NCBI GenBank assembly: GCA_000999715.1
Contig: LCGL01000001.1
Coordinates: 323,139 to 387,138 of the forward strand
Source: Candidatus Falkowbacteria bacterium GW2011_GWF2_43_32
GTDB lineage: Bacteria > Patescibacteriota > Patescibacteriia > Patescibacteriales > UBA12465
DNA length: 64,000 bases
Direction: 5' to 3'
Shown here: piece after piece, positions 1-7,363 of the stretch
How positions within the stretch are numbered: position 1 is the first letter of the stretch
How the letters are laid out: every line of letters starts with the position of its first letter
Program-made: the position numbers and the translations under genes
Notes under the pieces: model-generated
Told to the model about the DNA's origin: nothing
The model's input: only the letters and a program-made list of their open reading frames with translations
The model's database searches: none

Positions 1-304
1 CGACCACGACTTGTCTGTTTCCGATCTGAACCGAAACCGTGGGCGACATCTTTTTCAAACCGCGAAAACTGAAAGCTTTTTTTAAACCGTCTTTTCTCCG
101 ACCGGACGCTTTGGCCGCCGAATAAGCATAACCCAATTTATTAAGTAAGGTTATGCCCACCATGGGAAATTTTTGATCGGCCGCCGCTTTAAGAATGTCT
201 CCGGCTAAAATTCCCAGCCCGCCGGCATAATTATTCAAGTCCTCGGCCACGGCTATTTCCATGCTGAAATAGGCGACCACCGGCTGTTTCTTTTTCAAGG
301 TCAT
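1..304 (-). CDS. glgP: alpha-glucan/glycogen phosphorylase, N-terminal part (runs off window)
   Basis: Hand translation from ATG at 304: MTLKKKQPVVAYFSMEIAVAEDLNNYAGGLGILAGDILKAAAD; AYFSME and GGLGILAGD are phosphorylase motifs. Confidence 0.85.
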   Translation of the reverse strand, partial: MTLKKKQPVVAYFSMEIAVAEDLNNYAGGLGILAGDILKAAADQKFPMVGITLLNKLGYAYSAAKASGRRKDGLKKAFSFRGLKKMSPTVSVQIGNRQVVV

Positions 305-318
305 ATTTTTCCATTAAT

Positions 319-1581
319 TTAACCGAACATCAACACTTGCGGCCAAAATATCAACAACAAACCGATGGCCAGCATTAACAGGCCGCCAATCAAACGGGAG
401 GCGCGCGTATATTTGGTGGTCACGCCGGTTACCCGCAAAGTAATCATGGCCGCGAAGAAAACAAACAAATCATCCAACATGAAAATAAAAATATATAATG
501 CGATATAAGAATAGTGTTGCCATTTGGTCAGATCGCTCAACGCCAAGATCTGCGTATACACCGCCGGCAAACCGGCCGAACAAATCAACTCCACTAAATT
601 AACGGCAAAAGCCAAAATGATTATGCCTCCCAACGCCAACCAAAAACTAGGCAACTGCGTAATCGCCCGTAATCTCCCAAAAACTCTCTGTCTTTTTTCG
701 CCGCTGACAACTTTACAGCTGTCGTCTTTACGGACAAAAAATTCTTTCAAGCTGTACGCTCCGCCCAAGAGAGCAACCAATCCAATCAATATTCTCACCC
801 ACAAAACAAAACCTAAAAATAAAATCAAATTAAGCCAGGCGGCCATGAATACAAAATAAACCGAAGCCGAAGCGACAATGAAGGCAATTCCCAAAATCCA
901 CATCCTTTTCCGGTTCTGCATGCCCAATAACAAGCCGATTAAAAACAAAAGGGTCCACATGGCACAGGGGTTAAAACCGTCCAAAGCGCCCATAATCACC
1001 GTCAATACCGGTAAAGAAAAAGAATTTAAATCCACTCGTCCCAAGAAAGGAATGTCCATTTCCTTTTTTTCTTGTCCGCCCTCTTCCGTGACGTTCGCCG
1101 CTGTTTGGACATCATCGCCCGAAATCTCTTGATCAAACGTTGCCTCATCCTCCTTGTCCAAGCCGACAATGCCGGCCGTTACATTCGGACAAGTTTGTTC
1201 CAAACAAAAAGCGACGCGATCGCCAAGCTCCGCGGGACTGGAAGATTCGGAAAAACCGACAAAACTTTTATCGCCGATAATGGTAAACGGAATGCCCTCG
1301 ACTCTCGCGCCCAACTCTCGTCCGACTTTCTGCAAAAGCAAAGCGTTGCTCCGATTATTATAGATTTCAAAATCATGAACGCGTATTTGCGGATATTGTT
1401 GTTCCAACTTATCAAGATAAATTTCCTCTTTGGCACAATGCGGGCAACCGTCTCCCCAAAAAAAATAAATATCCAATTCATCGCCGGCCGAAGCAAAATT
1501 TGCGGTCGACAACAAAATAACGATTGCTATCAAAAAACCCCATATTTTTATTCTTTTCATATTTTCTGTTTTAGTGATCAA
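319..1581 (-). CDS. thioredoxin/glutaredoxin-like domain fused to a DsbD/CcdA-like membrane domain
   Basis: Signal peptide, WGDGCPHC motif, C-terminal multi-TM region with DGFNPCA and ELICSAG cysteines. Confidence 0.8.
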   Translation of the reverse strand: MITKTENMKRIKIWGFLIAIVILLSTANFASAGDELDIYFFWGDGCPHCAKEEIYLDKLEQQYPQIRVHDFEIYNNRSNALLLQKVGRELGARVEGIPFTIIGDKSFVGFSESSSPAELGDRVAFCLEQTCPNVTAGIVGLDKEDEATFDQEISGDDVQTAANVTEEGGQEKKEMDIPFLGRVDLNSFSLPVLTVIMGALDGFNPCAMWTLLFLIGLLLGMQNRKRMWILGIAFIVASASVYFVFMAAWLNLILFLGFVLWVRILIGLVALLGGAYSLKEFFVRKDDSCKVVSGEKRQRVFGRLRAITQLPSFWLALGGIIILAFAVNLVELICSAGLPAVYTQILALSDLTKWQHYSYIALYIFIFMLDDLFVFFAAMITLRVTGVTTKYTRASRLIGGLLMLAIGLLLIFWPQVLMFG

Positions 1582-2311
1582 GCAATTTCACGGCCGACAT
1601 CAAAACTATTCCCAAAATAAACACCACAAACAAGCTCATGGATTTTTTCAAGTTGGCTTCTTTCCGTATTTCCGGCATCAAGTCGGAGGCGGCGATATAA
1701 ATAAACCCGCCGGCGGCAAAAGGCAAAAGATACGGAATAATGCCCTCCAAAGAAAAGGAAATAAAATATCCGACTACGCCGCCCGCCACGACGGTCAGGG
1801 CGACCAAATAATTTACCAACAAAGCCTGGCCTCTTTTCAATCCGGCATGAATCAAAACGCCGAAGTCGCCTATCTCTTGAGGAATTTCATGCAAAGCGAT
1901 CGCTAAAGTTGTAGCCAGACCCAAACGAAAATCCACCAAAAAAGTGCTGGCGATAACCAAACCGTCAATAAAATTATGCAAAGAATCTCCGACCAAATTC
2001 ATATATCCGAAAGTGTGTACCGAACAATCGCCTTTATGACAATGGTGCCAAAACAATAACTTTTCCATGAAGAAAAAGAAAATAAAAGAGGCCAAAACTA
2101 TCAAATAAAGCCGATCGGCGGCGATTTTTCCGGCTGCTTCCGGCAAAAGATGCAAAAAAGCTCCGCCCATCAAAACTCCGGCCGAAAGAGCCAAAAGAAA
2201 TATCGTAATTTTATTCAAGGTTGTTTCTTTAAAATACAAAAACAAAACCGCCAGCCAAACACAAAGACTGATCGCCAGACAAGCTAAAATAATAATGAGC
2301 AACACTCCCAT
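1571..2311 (-). CDS. ZIP family metal transporter
   Basis: HNFIDG and HEIPQEIGDF motifs, His-rich loop HHCH, multiple TM helices. Confidence 0.9.
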   Translation of the reverse strand: MGVLLIIILACLAISLCVWLAVLFLYFKETTLNKITIFLLALSAGVLMGGAFLHLLPEAAGKIAADRLYLIVLASFIFFFFMEKLLFWHHCHKGDCSVHTFGYMNLVGDSLHNFIDGLVIASTFLVDFRLGLATTLAIALHEIPQEIGDFGVLIHAGLKRGQALLVNYLVALTVVAGGVVGYFISFSLEGIIPYLLPFAAGGFIYIAASDLMPEIRKEANLKKSMSLFVVFILGIVLMSAVKLLDH

Positions 2312-2329
2312 AGATTTATGTTAGAAGAT

Positions 2330-3019
2330 TTATTTTTTTATCACGGCCACATCAAAAGAAATCACCACCTGGTCGTCAATAACGTTATCGGCTAAATTAT
2401 CAAAAAAATTTCCCGATCCGTATTTGACTTCCCATTGCGTTCTATCCCAAGAAAATTGCGATTTAATTCTGGTCTCCTCGCCTTGTTGATAAATCGTCAA
2501 GGGCAAAGAAAGCTCCCGAACAGTATCTTTAACGGTTAATTCTCCGTTTACCGACACCACTCCGTCAATCATAATTTCAAACGATTCTAAAACTTGAAAT
2601 TTAATTGTCGGAAAATCGCTAACGGCGAAAAAATCTGCCGATTGCAAATGATTGGCCAAACCGTCTTGACCGCGACCGGATCCCGTCACATCAACGCGCA
2701 AACTGTTCATATCCAAAACTATCAGCCCGTCGCTAACCCTTCCCTCTTGAACCGTAAACGCCCCGGAACGAATAGCTACTGTGCCCAAATCGGAATAATC
2801 GGTTTTCAACGGCTTGCGCCCACTCCACATAATTCTGTCGCCTTTCTGAAAAAAATATTCTCCATCCGATAAATTCACGCCTCGCGCCGATTCCTTTTCC
2901 TGTTTTTCCGCATCGCCGACCAAAGCGGCTAAATTTTGATTATTCCCCTTATTTCTCAAAACCAAAAACCCAATCACCAACACAACTATGATCAACAAGC
3001 TATATAAAAAATATTTCAT
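2330..3019 (-). CDS. YceI-family lipid/polyisoprenoid-binding protein
   Basis: HLQSADFF, GELTVK and DRTQWEVKYGS motifs; N-terminal anchor. Confidence 0.85.
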   Translation of the reverse strand: MKYFLYSLLIIVVLVIGFLVLRNKGNNQNLAALVGDAEKQEKESARGVNLSDGEYFFQKGDRIMWSGRKPLKTDYSDLGTVAIRSGAFTVQEGRVSDGLIVLDMNSLRVDVTGSGRGQDGLANHLQSADFFAVSDFPTIKFQVLESFEIMIDGVVSVNGELTVKDTVRELSLPLTIYQQGEETRIKSQFSWDRTQWEVKYGSGNFFDNLADNVIDDQVVISFDVAVIKK

Positions 3020-3103
3020 AAGTTAAAATGATTAAATTTAAATTAGATTTTAGTTATTATATGATAGCAAAAATATCATATTTTGAAAACCCGCCTCAAA
3101 TCC

Positions 3104-4306
3104 CTACAGATACCGCGGTAAACGGCGCTTGGTTTTCAGGCTGGGAACCTTGATACAATAGATTAAAGCCCAAAAAATCCGGGCCAAACGACTTCGCAAA
3201 TGCCAGCCCCAGAGATTGCCTAAGGCCGATTTTTTACCCAAAGTCAAAAATTCACCGCGATGCTTATAAACAAAAGGCCGCAAGGGTTTGTTGAGCACAA
3301 GTGCTTCAATGTTTCTCGCCGCCACGACAGCCTGTTGATTGGCTACTTGCGCCAATCCGGGAAGAGGTCCCCCGTTTACCAGCAAACAAGAACTGTCCCC
3401 TAAACACAGAACGTTACGATGACCTTTCATTAATAATTCCGGAGTAATTTCCAGCCGGCCATTAACCGCCACCGGCTGATTGCCTAAAAATTCAGGAGTT
3501 TGCGCTTTAAGACCCGCGGCCCAAATAATATTTTCGGCCATAATTTCTTGACCGTTTTGCAAAACAATCCCTCGCGGCGACAAAGATTCCGCCAAAGAAT
3601 TAAAAATAATTTCCACGCCGATTTTATCAAAACATTTTCGAGCTTCGGCTCTCATCCAAGCGGGAAAAGAGGCCAAAATTTCCTGTCCGCGACTAATCAG
3701 TTTTACCGAAAACTCATTATCGCGCAAATGACTGCCCGCACTCAAAAAATGTTTCTGTTGATTCAACAATTGTTCTTGAATATGGGCCGCCAGCTCGACT
3801 CCGGTGGGACCGGCGCCTAAAACGGCAAAAGATAACAGTTGTCGCCGACGTTGTTCGTCACTTTCTTGAGAAGCAAGCAATAAAGCTTTTTCAATTTTGT
3901 CGCTTAAGCGAAGGGCGTCGTCAATGTCTTGAAATTTATAAATTCGGGAGCTTTCTGCCGGAAAAAAAATATCAGCTTTAGCTCCGGTGGCAATAACCAA
4001 AATATCAAAAGTCAAAATCGTTTTTTTCAATCGGACTTGACGCCGCTCCAGATCAACGGCGATTATTTCTTGATGATAAAAAGTCGTCCGCTTATCCAAT
4101 AAGCTCACCAAAGGAATGGCCACCTCGTCCGATCGCAAACGACCGAAAATCAATTCGGGCAACAAAGGAGTAAACAAAAAATAATCTCGCCGATCTACCA
4201 AAGCCAGCTCTATCAGTCCGCGACGCTGAAGCGGCTTTAACAGTTTGGCGGTTTTAATCCCGCCGAATCCCGCTCCCAAAATGACGACTCTTTGTTTATT
4301 TGTCAT
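3104..4306 (-). CDS. ndh: type II NADH dehydrogenase-like FAD-dependent oxidoreductase
   Basis: GAGFGG and GAGPTGVELA dinucleotide-binding motifs, FTPLL, WAAG, AQVANQQ. Confidence 0.8.
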   Translation of the reverse strand: MTNKQRVVILGAGFGGIKTAKLLKPLQRRGLIELALVDRRDYFLFTPLLPELIFGRLRSDEVAIPLVSLLDKRTTFYHQEIIAVDLERRQVRLKKTILTFDILVIATGAKADIFFPAESSRIYKFQDIDDALRLSDKIEKALLLASQESDEQRRRQLLSFAVLGAGPTGVELAAHIQEQLLNQQKHFLSAGSHLRDNEFSVKLISRGQEILASFPAWMRAEARKCFDKIGVEIIFNSLAESLSPRGIVLQNGQEIMAENIIWAAGLKAQTPEFLGNQPVAVNGRLEITPELLMKGHRNVLCLGDSSCLLVNGGPLPGLAQVANQQAVVAARNIEALVLNKPLRPFVYKHRGEFLTLGKKSALGNLWGWHLRSRLARIFWALIYCIKVPSLKTKRRLPRYL

Positions 4307-4480
4307 GGCCGAATTTTATCATAAATTGTCTTAATAAAAAAGAGCTCCCGAAAGCTCATTTTTTGTAAATATGGTATTTTCACCAACTATTTTTGGGCAT
4401 TAAACCATAAATTAATATAAAAAGCCCACGTTTTATAGTGGGCTCTTGCCTTCTCCTTTAAAGGCATTAAACAGTTTGTG

Positions 4481-4582
4481 TTAATAACAACCCTGTTTCC
4501 CAGTCGTTTTCAACAACTCCCTCTTTTGGTGATTTCGTGGCGAGCCGCGAGAATTTTTAACACTTTTTCTAATGTACTTCAT
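4481..4582 (-). CDS. putative 33-aa basic peptide (MKYIRKSVKNSRGSPRNHQKRELLKTTGKQGCY)
   Basis: GGAGG at 4591-4595 upstream of ATG; promoter TTGACA-17-TATTAT (4652-4624); terminator hairpin 4421-4447 downstream. Confidence 0.45.
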   Translation of the reverse strand: MKYIRKSVKNSRGSPRNHQKRELLKTTGKQGCY

Positions 4583-4732
4583 GTCTTTTTCCTCCATATT
4601 AAGTTAATACTAAAGACATTTAAATAATATATCTGTTATACCTTCTTGTCAATTGGTTTACTTTCTCACAAAGAATCTATATTTTTAAAACAAAAAATGA
4701 CCATAAAATTATTTTTATACACCCCCTTACGG

Positions 4733-4780
4733 GGTGGCTAACCGCAAAACTTGGCAAACTTTTTTGATGGAGTGCTTGAT
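4733..4780. repeat. array repeat copy 1
   Basis: CGCAAAACTTGGCAAACTTTTTTGATGGAGT (4743-4773) is identical to 6356-6386. Confidence 0.85.
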
Positions 4781-4817
4781 ACATTAAAAAAAACCACCTA
4801 CATGAGATGGTTTTTGT

Positions 4818-5016
4818 AAAATAGTTCTTTAAGATACCGCAGTGATATCGCAATCCGCAAAGAGCTTCGGCCCACCCTCACAGGATGATTTTTTTATGCC
4901 TTAGCTACAATTCTGGGTTATCAACTCTTAGTGAGGACTTCCCCTTTAATTAGGTTAACCATCTTGCGAGTGATGGTCAGATACTTTGCCTAACTTTCTC
5001 AAAAAGAACTATATTT
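4818..5016 (-). ncRNA. candidate ~200-nt structured ncRNA
   Basis: Lies between promoter TTGACT-16-TAAGAT (5046-5019) and terminator (4786-4815); ends pair (ATAGTTCTTT/AAAGAACTAT); internal stems ACCATC/GATGGT, AGTTAGG/CCTAATT, CCTCAC/GTGAGG; no convincing ORF. Confidence 0.55.
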
Positions 5017-5112
5017 AAATCTTAACATTAGTATTCAAAAAGTCAATAGATTGTACAACATTAAACTTAAAACAAAAAATAATTCCTAAAAAGAAATTGT
5101 TTTTATATATGA

Positions 5113-5172
5113 GTGGCTATTCGAGAAACTTGAAAAACTTTTTTGATTAAATATTTGATAAATTGATATAAA
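5113..5172. repeat. array repeat copy 2
   Basis: 5126-5172 matches 5940-5986 at 46/47 nt; shares the AAACTTG..AAACTTTTTTGAT core with copies 1 and 4. Confidence 0.85.
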
Positions 5173-5245
5173 AAAGACCCGCGATATTGTTACGGATCTT
5201 ACAGTTTTTATTTAAACATATTTTGAGGGCATGAGCTAATAGTGA

Positions 5246-5398
5246 TTAAACCTCAAAATTTTCCCTAATGGAGTAAAGAAACGCCAACATGAAAGCTGCG
5301 CCAGCGCAAGCTAGAGTTATAACTGATGCTTCAGACTTCCAGTAAAAAACAAAAATGCCAAAAAGAATTGCTGTAAAATAATTAAAGAATGTTTTCAT
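5246..5398 (-). CDS. 50-aa small membrane protein (MKTFFNYFTAILFGIFVFYWKSEASVITLACAGAAFMLAFLYSIRENFEV)
   Basis: Hand-translated ORF with AGGAG RBS, promoter TTGACA-17-TATATT (5548-5520), terminator ~5171-5200; two hydrophobic segments. Confidence 0.65.
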   Translation of the reverse strand: MKTFFNYFTAILFGIFVFYWKSEASVITLACAGAAFMLAFLYSIRENFEV

Positions 5399-5635
5399 AA
5401 CTTATGACTCCTATTTTTAATGTTAAATATAATTAGATTAATTATTAAGTTTACTAACATTAATAGACTTAATAATTAATCTAATTTTAACCTTTTTGTA
5501 ATGAACTATATAACTAAATAATATATCACATATATTATATTTTGTCAATCAATTTATATTATTTAATACTGTTGAGCCACATTTTAACCTTACATAATAG
5601 AAAAACCGAGCTTTCGGACCCGTGCTTTCCTTAAT

Positions 5636-5929
5636 CTATTCCCAAAAAATTAATACCAATGAAACAACCCCCAACAAGAAACCGATGATTTGAATTCTAT
5701 TAATCGGCTCCTTATAAAGCACCATCCCCAATATTACTGCGATAATAGCCGACGCCACAGAAAAAATAATTGCTCCTCTTCCTAGTCCGGCTCCATTTTT
5801 AAGAGAAAACAACCAAAAAGAATTTGCCACCAAATAAAGAGCAAGGCTGATTATTGCAAACCAAATTATTTTTTTTAGCGACCACTCTTTTGCAAATACG
5901 TCAGCAACTGCTTCAAAAATTATTAACAA
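5636..5929 (-). CDS. SMR/DMT-like 4-TM small membrane protein, possibly 5'-truncated
   Basis: 97 aa, four hydrophobic helices, membrane Glu in TM1 (IIFEAVAD); TTG start only, upstream frame runs into repeat copy 3. Confidence 0.65.
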   Translation of the reverse strand: MLIIFEAVADVFAKEWSLKKIIWFAIISLALYLVANSFWLFSLKNGAGLGRGAIIFSVASAIIAVILGMVLYKEPINRIQIIGFLLGVVSLVLIFWE

Positions 5930-5935
5930 TAAAAG

Positions 5936-5986
5936 CGGAAAACTTGAAAAACTTTTTTGATTAAGTATTTGATAAATTGATATAAA
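5936..5986. repeat. array repeat copy 3
   Basis: Near-identical to 5126-5172. Confidence 0.85.
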
Positions 5987-6012
5987 GAGAGGGCTAATTG
6001 CTTAGCCCTCAA

Positions 6013-6238
6013 AAATTTAGAACTCGTTGAACTGCTTTCAAGGCTATTTCACTCTATTCGCCCCTTCGATTAATAAGGACGGTATCTTATTTTTGACTCC
6101 GCTAAAGCTGGCGCCCTAGGTTCACAGTCTCCCGCCTATTCTGCACATTACTAATCTATCTTCAAGCCAACATACAGGAATTGGACCCGCTGGAGATATA
6201 ATCTCTTGCGCCCATTGCGCTACATTGTTTCTAAATTT
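6013..6238 (-). ncRNA. candidate ~225-nt ncRNA with a tRNA-like domain and a 23S rRNA L1-stalk (H76-78) mimic
   Basis: Promoter TTGACA (6273-6268) with -10 at ~6245-6252; terminator 5988-6010; closing stem AAATTTAGAA/TTCTAAATTT; 6147-6075 is colinear with the 23S L1-stalk; 6229-6169 is cloverleaf-like. Confidence 0.7.
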
Positions 6239-6345
6239 AATTAAATATTATAAATAAAATCAACTTTTGTCAACAAAAATACAGCAAGATCTATTTTAAC
6301 CCTCATATCCCAGAAAAAAGCAAAATAGTTCATTTTTCCCAAATA

Positions 6346-6405
6346 GGTGGTTAATCGCAAAACTTGGCAAACTTTTTTGATGGAGTATTTGGTGAGTTGA
6401 TAAAA
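6346..6405. repeat. array repeat copy 4
   Basis: 31-nt identity with copy 1. Confidence 0.85.
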
Positions 6406-6459
6406 AAGAGACCCTTGATGTTATCGCGGGTCTAGAAATTAGGTAATAAAATCTTTAAT

Positions 6460-6609
6460 TTACATAAACATCAGAGACATCAAAATAAATACCGCAGCAA
6501 TAGCCCACGCAAGCGATGATTTTTTAGATTTTTTTTTAAAACTAAAATATAAACAAAGAATACCGGTAATGAATACTAACACTTTTAAAATTAGAATAAA
6601 AATTTCCAT
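6460..6609 (-). CDS. 49-aa small membrane protein (MEIFILILKVLVFITGILCLYFSFKKKSKKSSLAWAIAAVFILMSLMFM)
   Basis: Hand-translated ORF, two TM segments around a basic loop; promoter TTGACA-17-TATGAT (6746-6718); terminator 6409-6433. Confidence 0.65.
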   Translation of the reverse strand: MEIFILILKVLVFITGILCLYFSFKKKSKKSSLAWAIAAVFILMSLMFM

Positions 6610-6838
6610 TATTTCTATTTTTTAATTTAACAATTCGATTAATTCTTAAATTTACTATTTATAATAAACTTAATAATTAACCCAATCGTTTTTTGTAAAA
6701 GAACTATATAACGAAATATCATATCACATTTACTATTTTTTGTCAATTAATTTGTCTTCCCACTAGGGGGTAACAAGACCAAAACAAAAAATAACCCCAA
6801 TCCGCCAGCCGGCGGAGGAGTTATTTTCGCTAATATTA

Positions 6839-6855
6839 GGGTGCCTACTGGGAGT
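6839..6855 (-). repeat. duplicated 3' end of tRNA-His (att-like)
   Basis: GGGTGCCTACTGGGAGT identical to 7058-7074. Confidence 0.85.
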
Positions 6856-7058
6856 ATCTCACTCAGCCGCCGCCGGAAACGCGGCGGCTTCGCTCGTCCT
6901 GGGTTGGCGCCGAGCCCTGCGCCAGCTCGGGTTCGTCGACGCTCGTCCGCTCATTTCGGCTTCCGCCTCAACTCGCGTCTCGCTTCCAACCTGTTCAACT
7001 TCCCGGCTAACGCCGACAGTAATAAAAGAACGCGCAAATGCGCGTTTTTTTATTACTG

Positions 7059-7130
7059 GGTGCCTACTGGGAGTTGAACCCAGACTATCGGGACCACAAC
7101 CCGACGTTCTACCGCTAAACTATAGGCACC
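7059..7130 (-). tRNA. tRNA-His(GTG)
   Basis: Cloverleaf, G-1, anticodon arm TCGGG-TTGTGGT-CCCGA, TTCAACT T-loop. Confidence 0.95.
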
Positions 7131-7169
7131 ATGATTATATTTTAACGTATCTTTAACGATCGTTAAACG

Positions 7170-7241
7170 TACGCCCGGGGGGAGTCGAACCCTCATCTAG
7201 AGCTTAGAAGGCTCCCGTTCTATCCGTTGAACTACGGGCGC
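7170..7241 (-). tRNA. tRNA-Arg(TCT)
   Basis: Cloverleaf, anticodon loop CTTCTAA. Confidence 0.95.
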
Positions 7242-7363
7242 AAAAATAATCCGTAAAAAATAATTAGGAAATTTTCCTCCCTAATTATTGTCTTATATTA
7301 ATAAAAATATTCATTTTTGTCAAACTGCTAATAAATCATTATCTGTTTGCCGATAAGCCTCTT

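Noticed and set aside
4930..4950. RNase P RNA or c-di-GMP riboswitch in the 4818-5016 RNA
   Set aside because: GGGGAAGTCC resembles GAGGAAAGTCC but the 3' P4 strand motif is missing; GGCAAA lacks the rest of the GEMM consensus.
6169..6229. Functional tRNA
   Set aside because: The acceptor stem is irregular, the anticodon loop is non-canonical and the T-loop is TCC; kept only as a tRNA-like domain.
4733..6405. CRISPR array
   Set aside because: Repeat spacing is about 380-810 bp, the intervals contain whole transcription units, the repeats are not palindromic, and there are no cas genes in the window.
4733..6405. Classical integron attC sites or Xer dif sites
   Set aside because: No RYYYAAC...GTTRRRY hairpin, no XerC/XerD 11-6-11 pattern recognised, and no integrase in the window.
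6841..7077. 78-aa ORF (also 50631-50858 and 39776-39988)
   Set aside because: They overlap tRNAs and GC-rich palindromic spacers and have no protein features.
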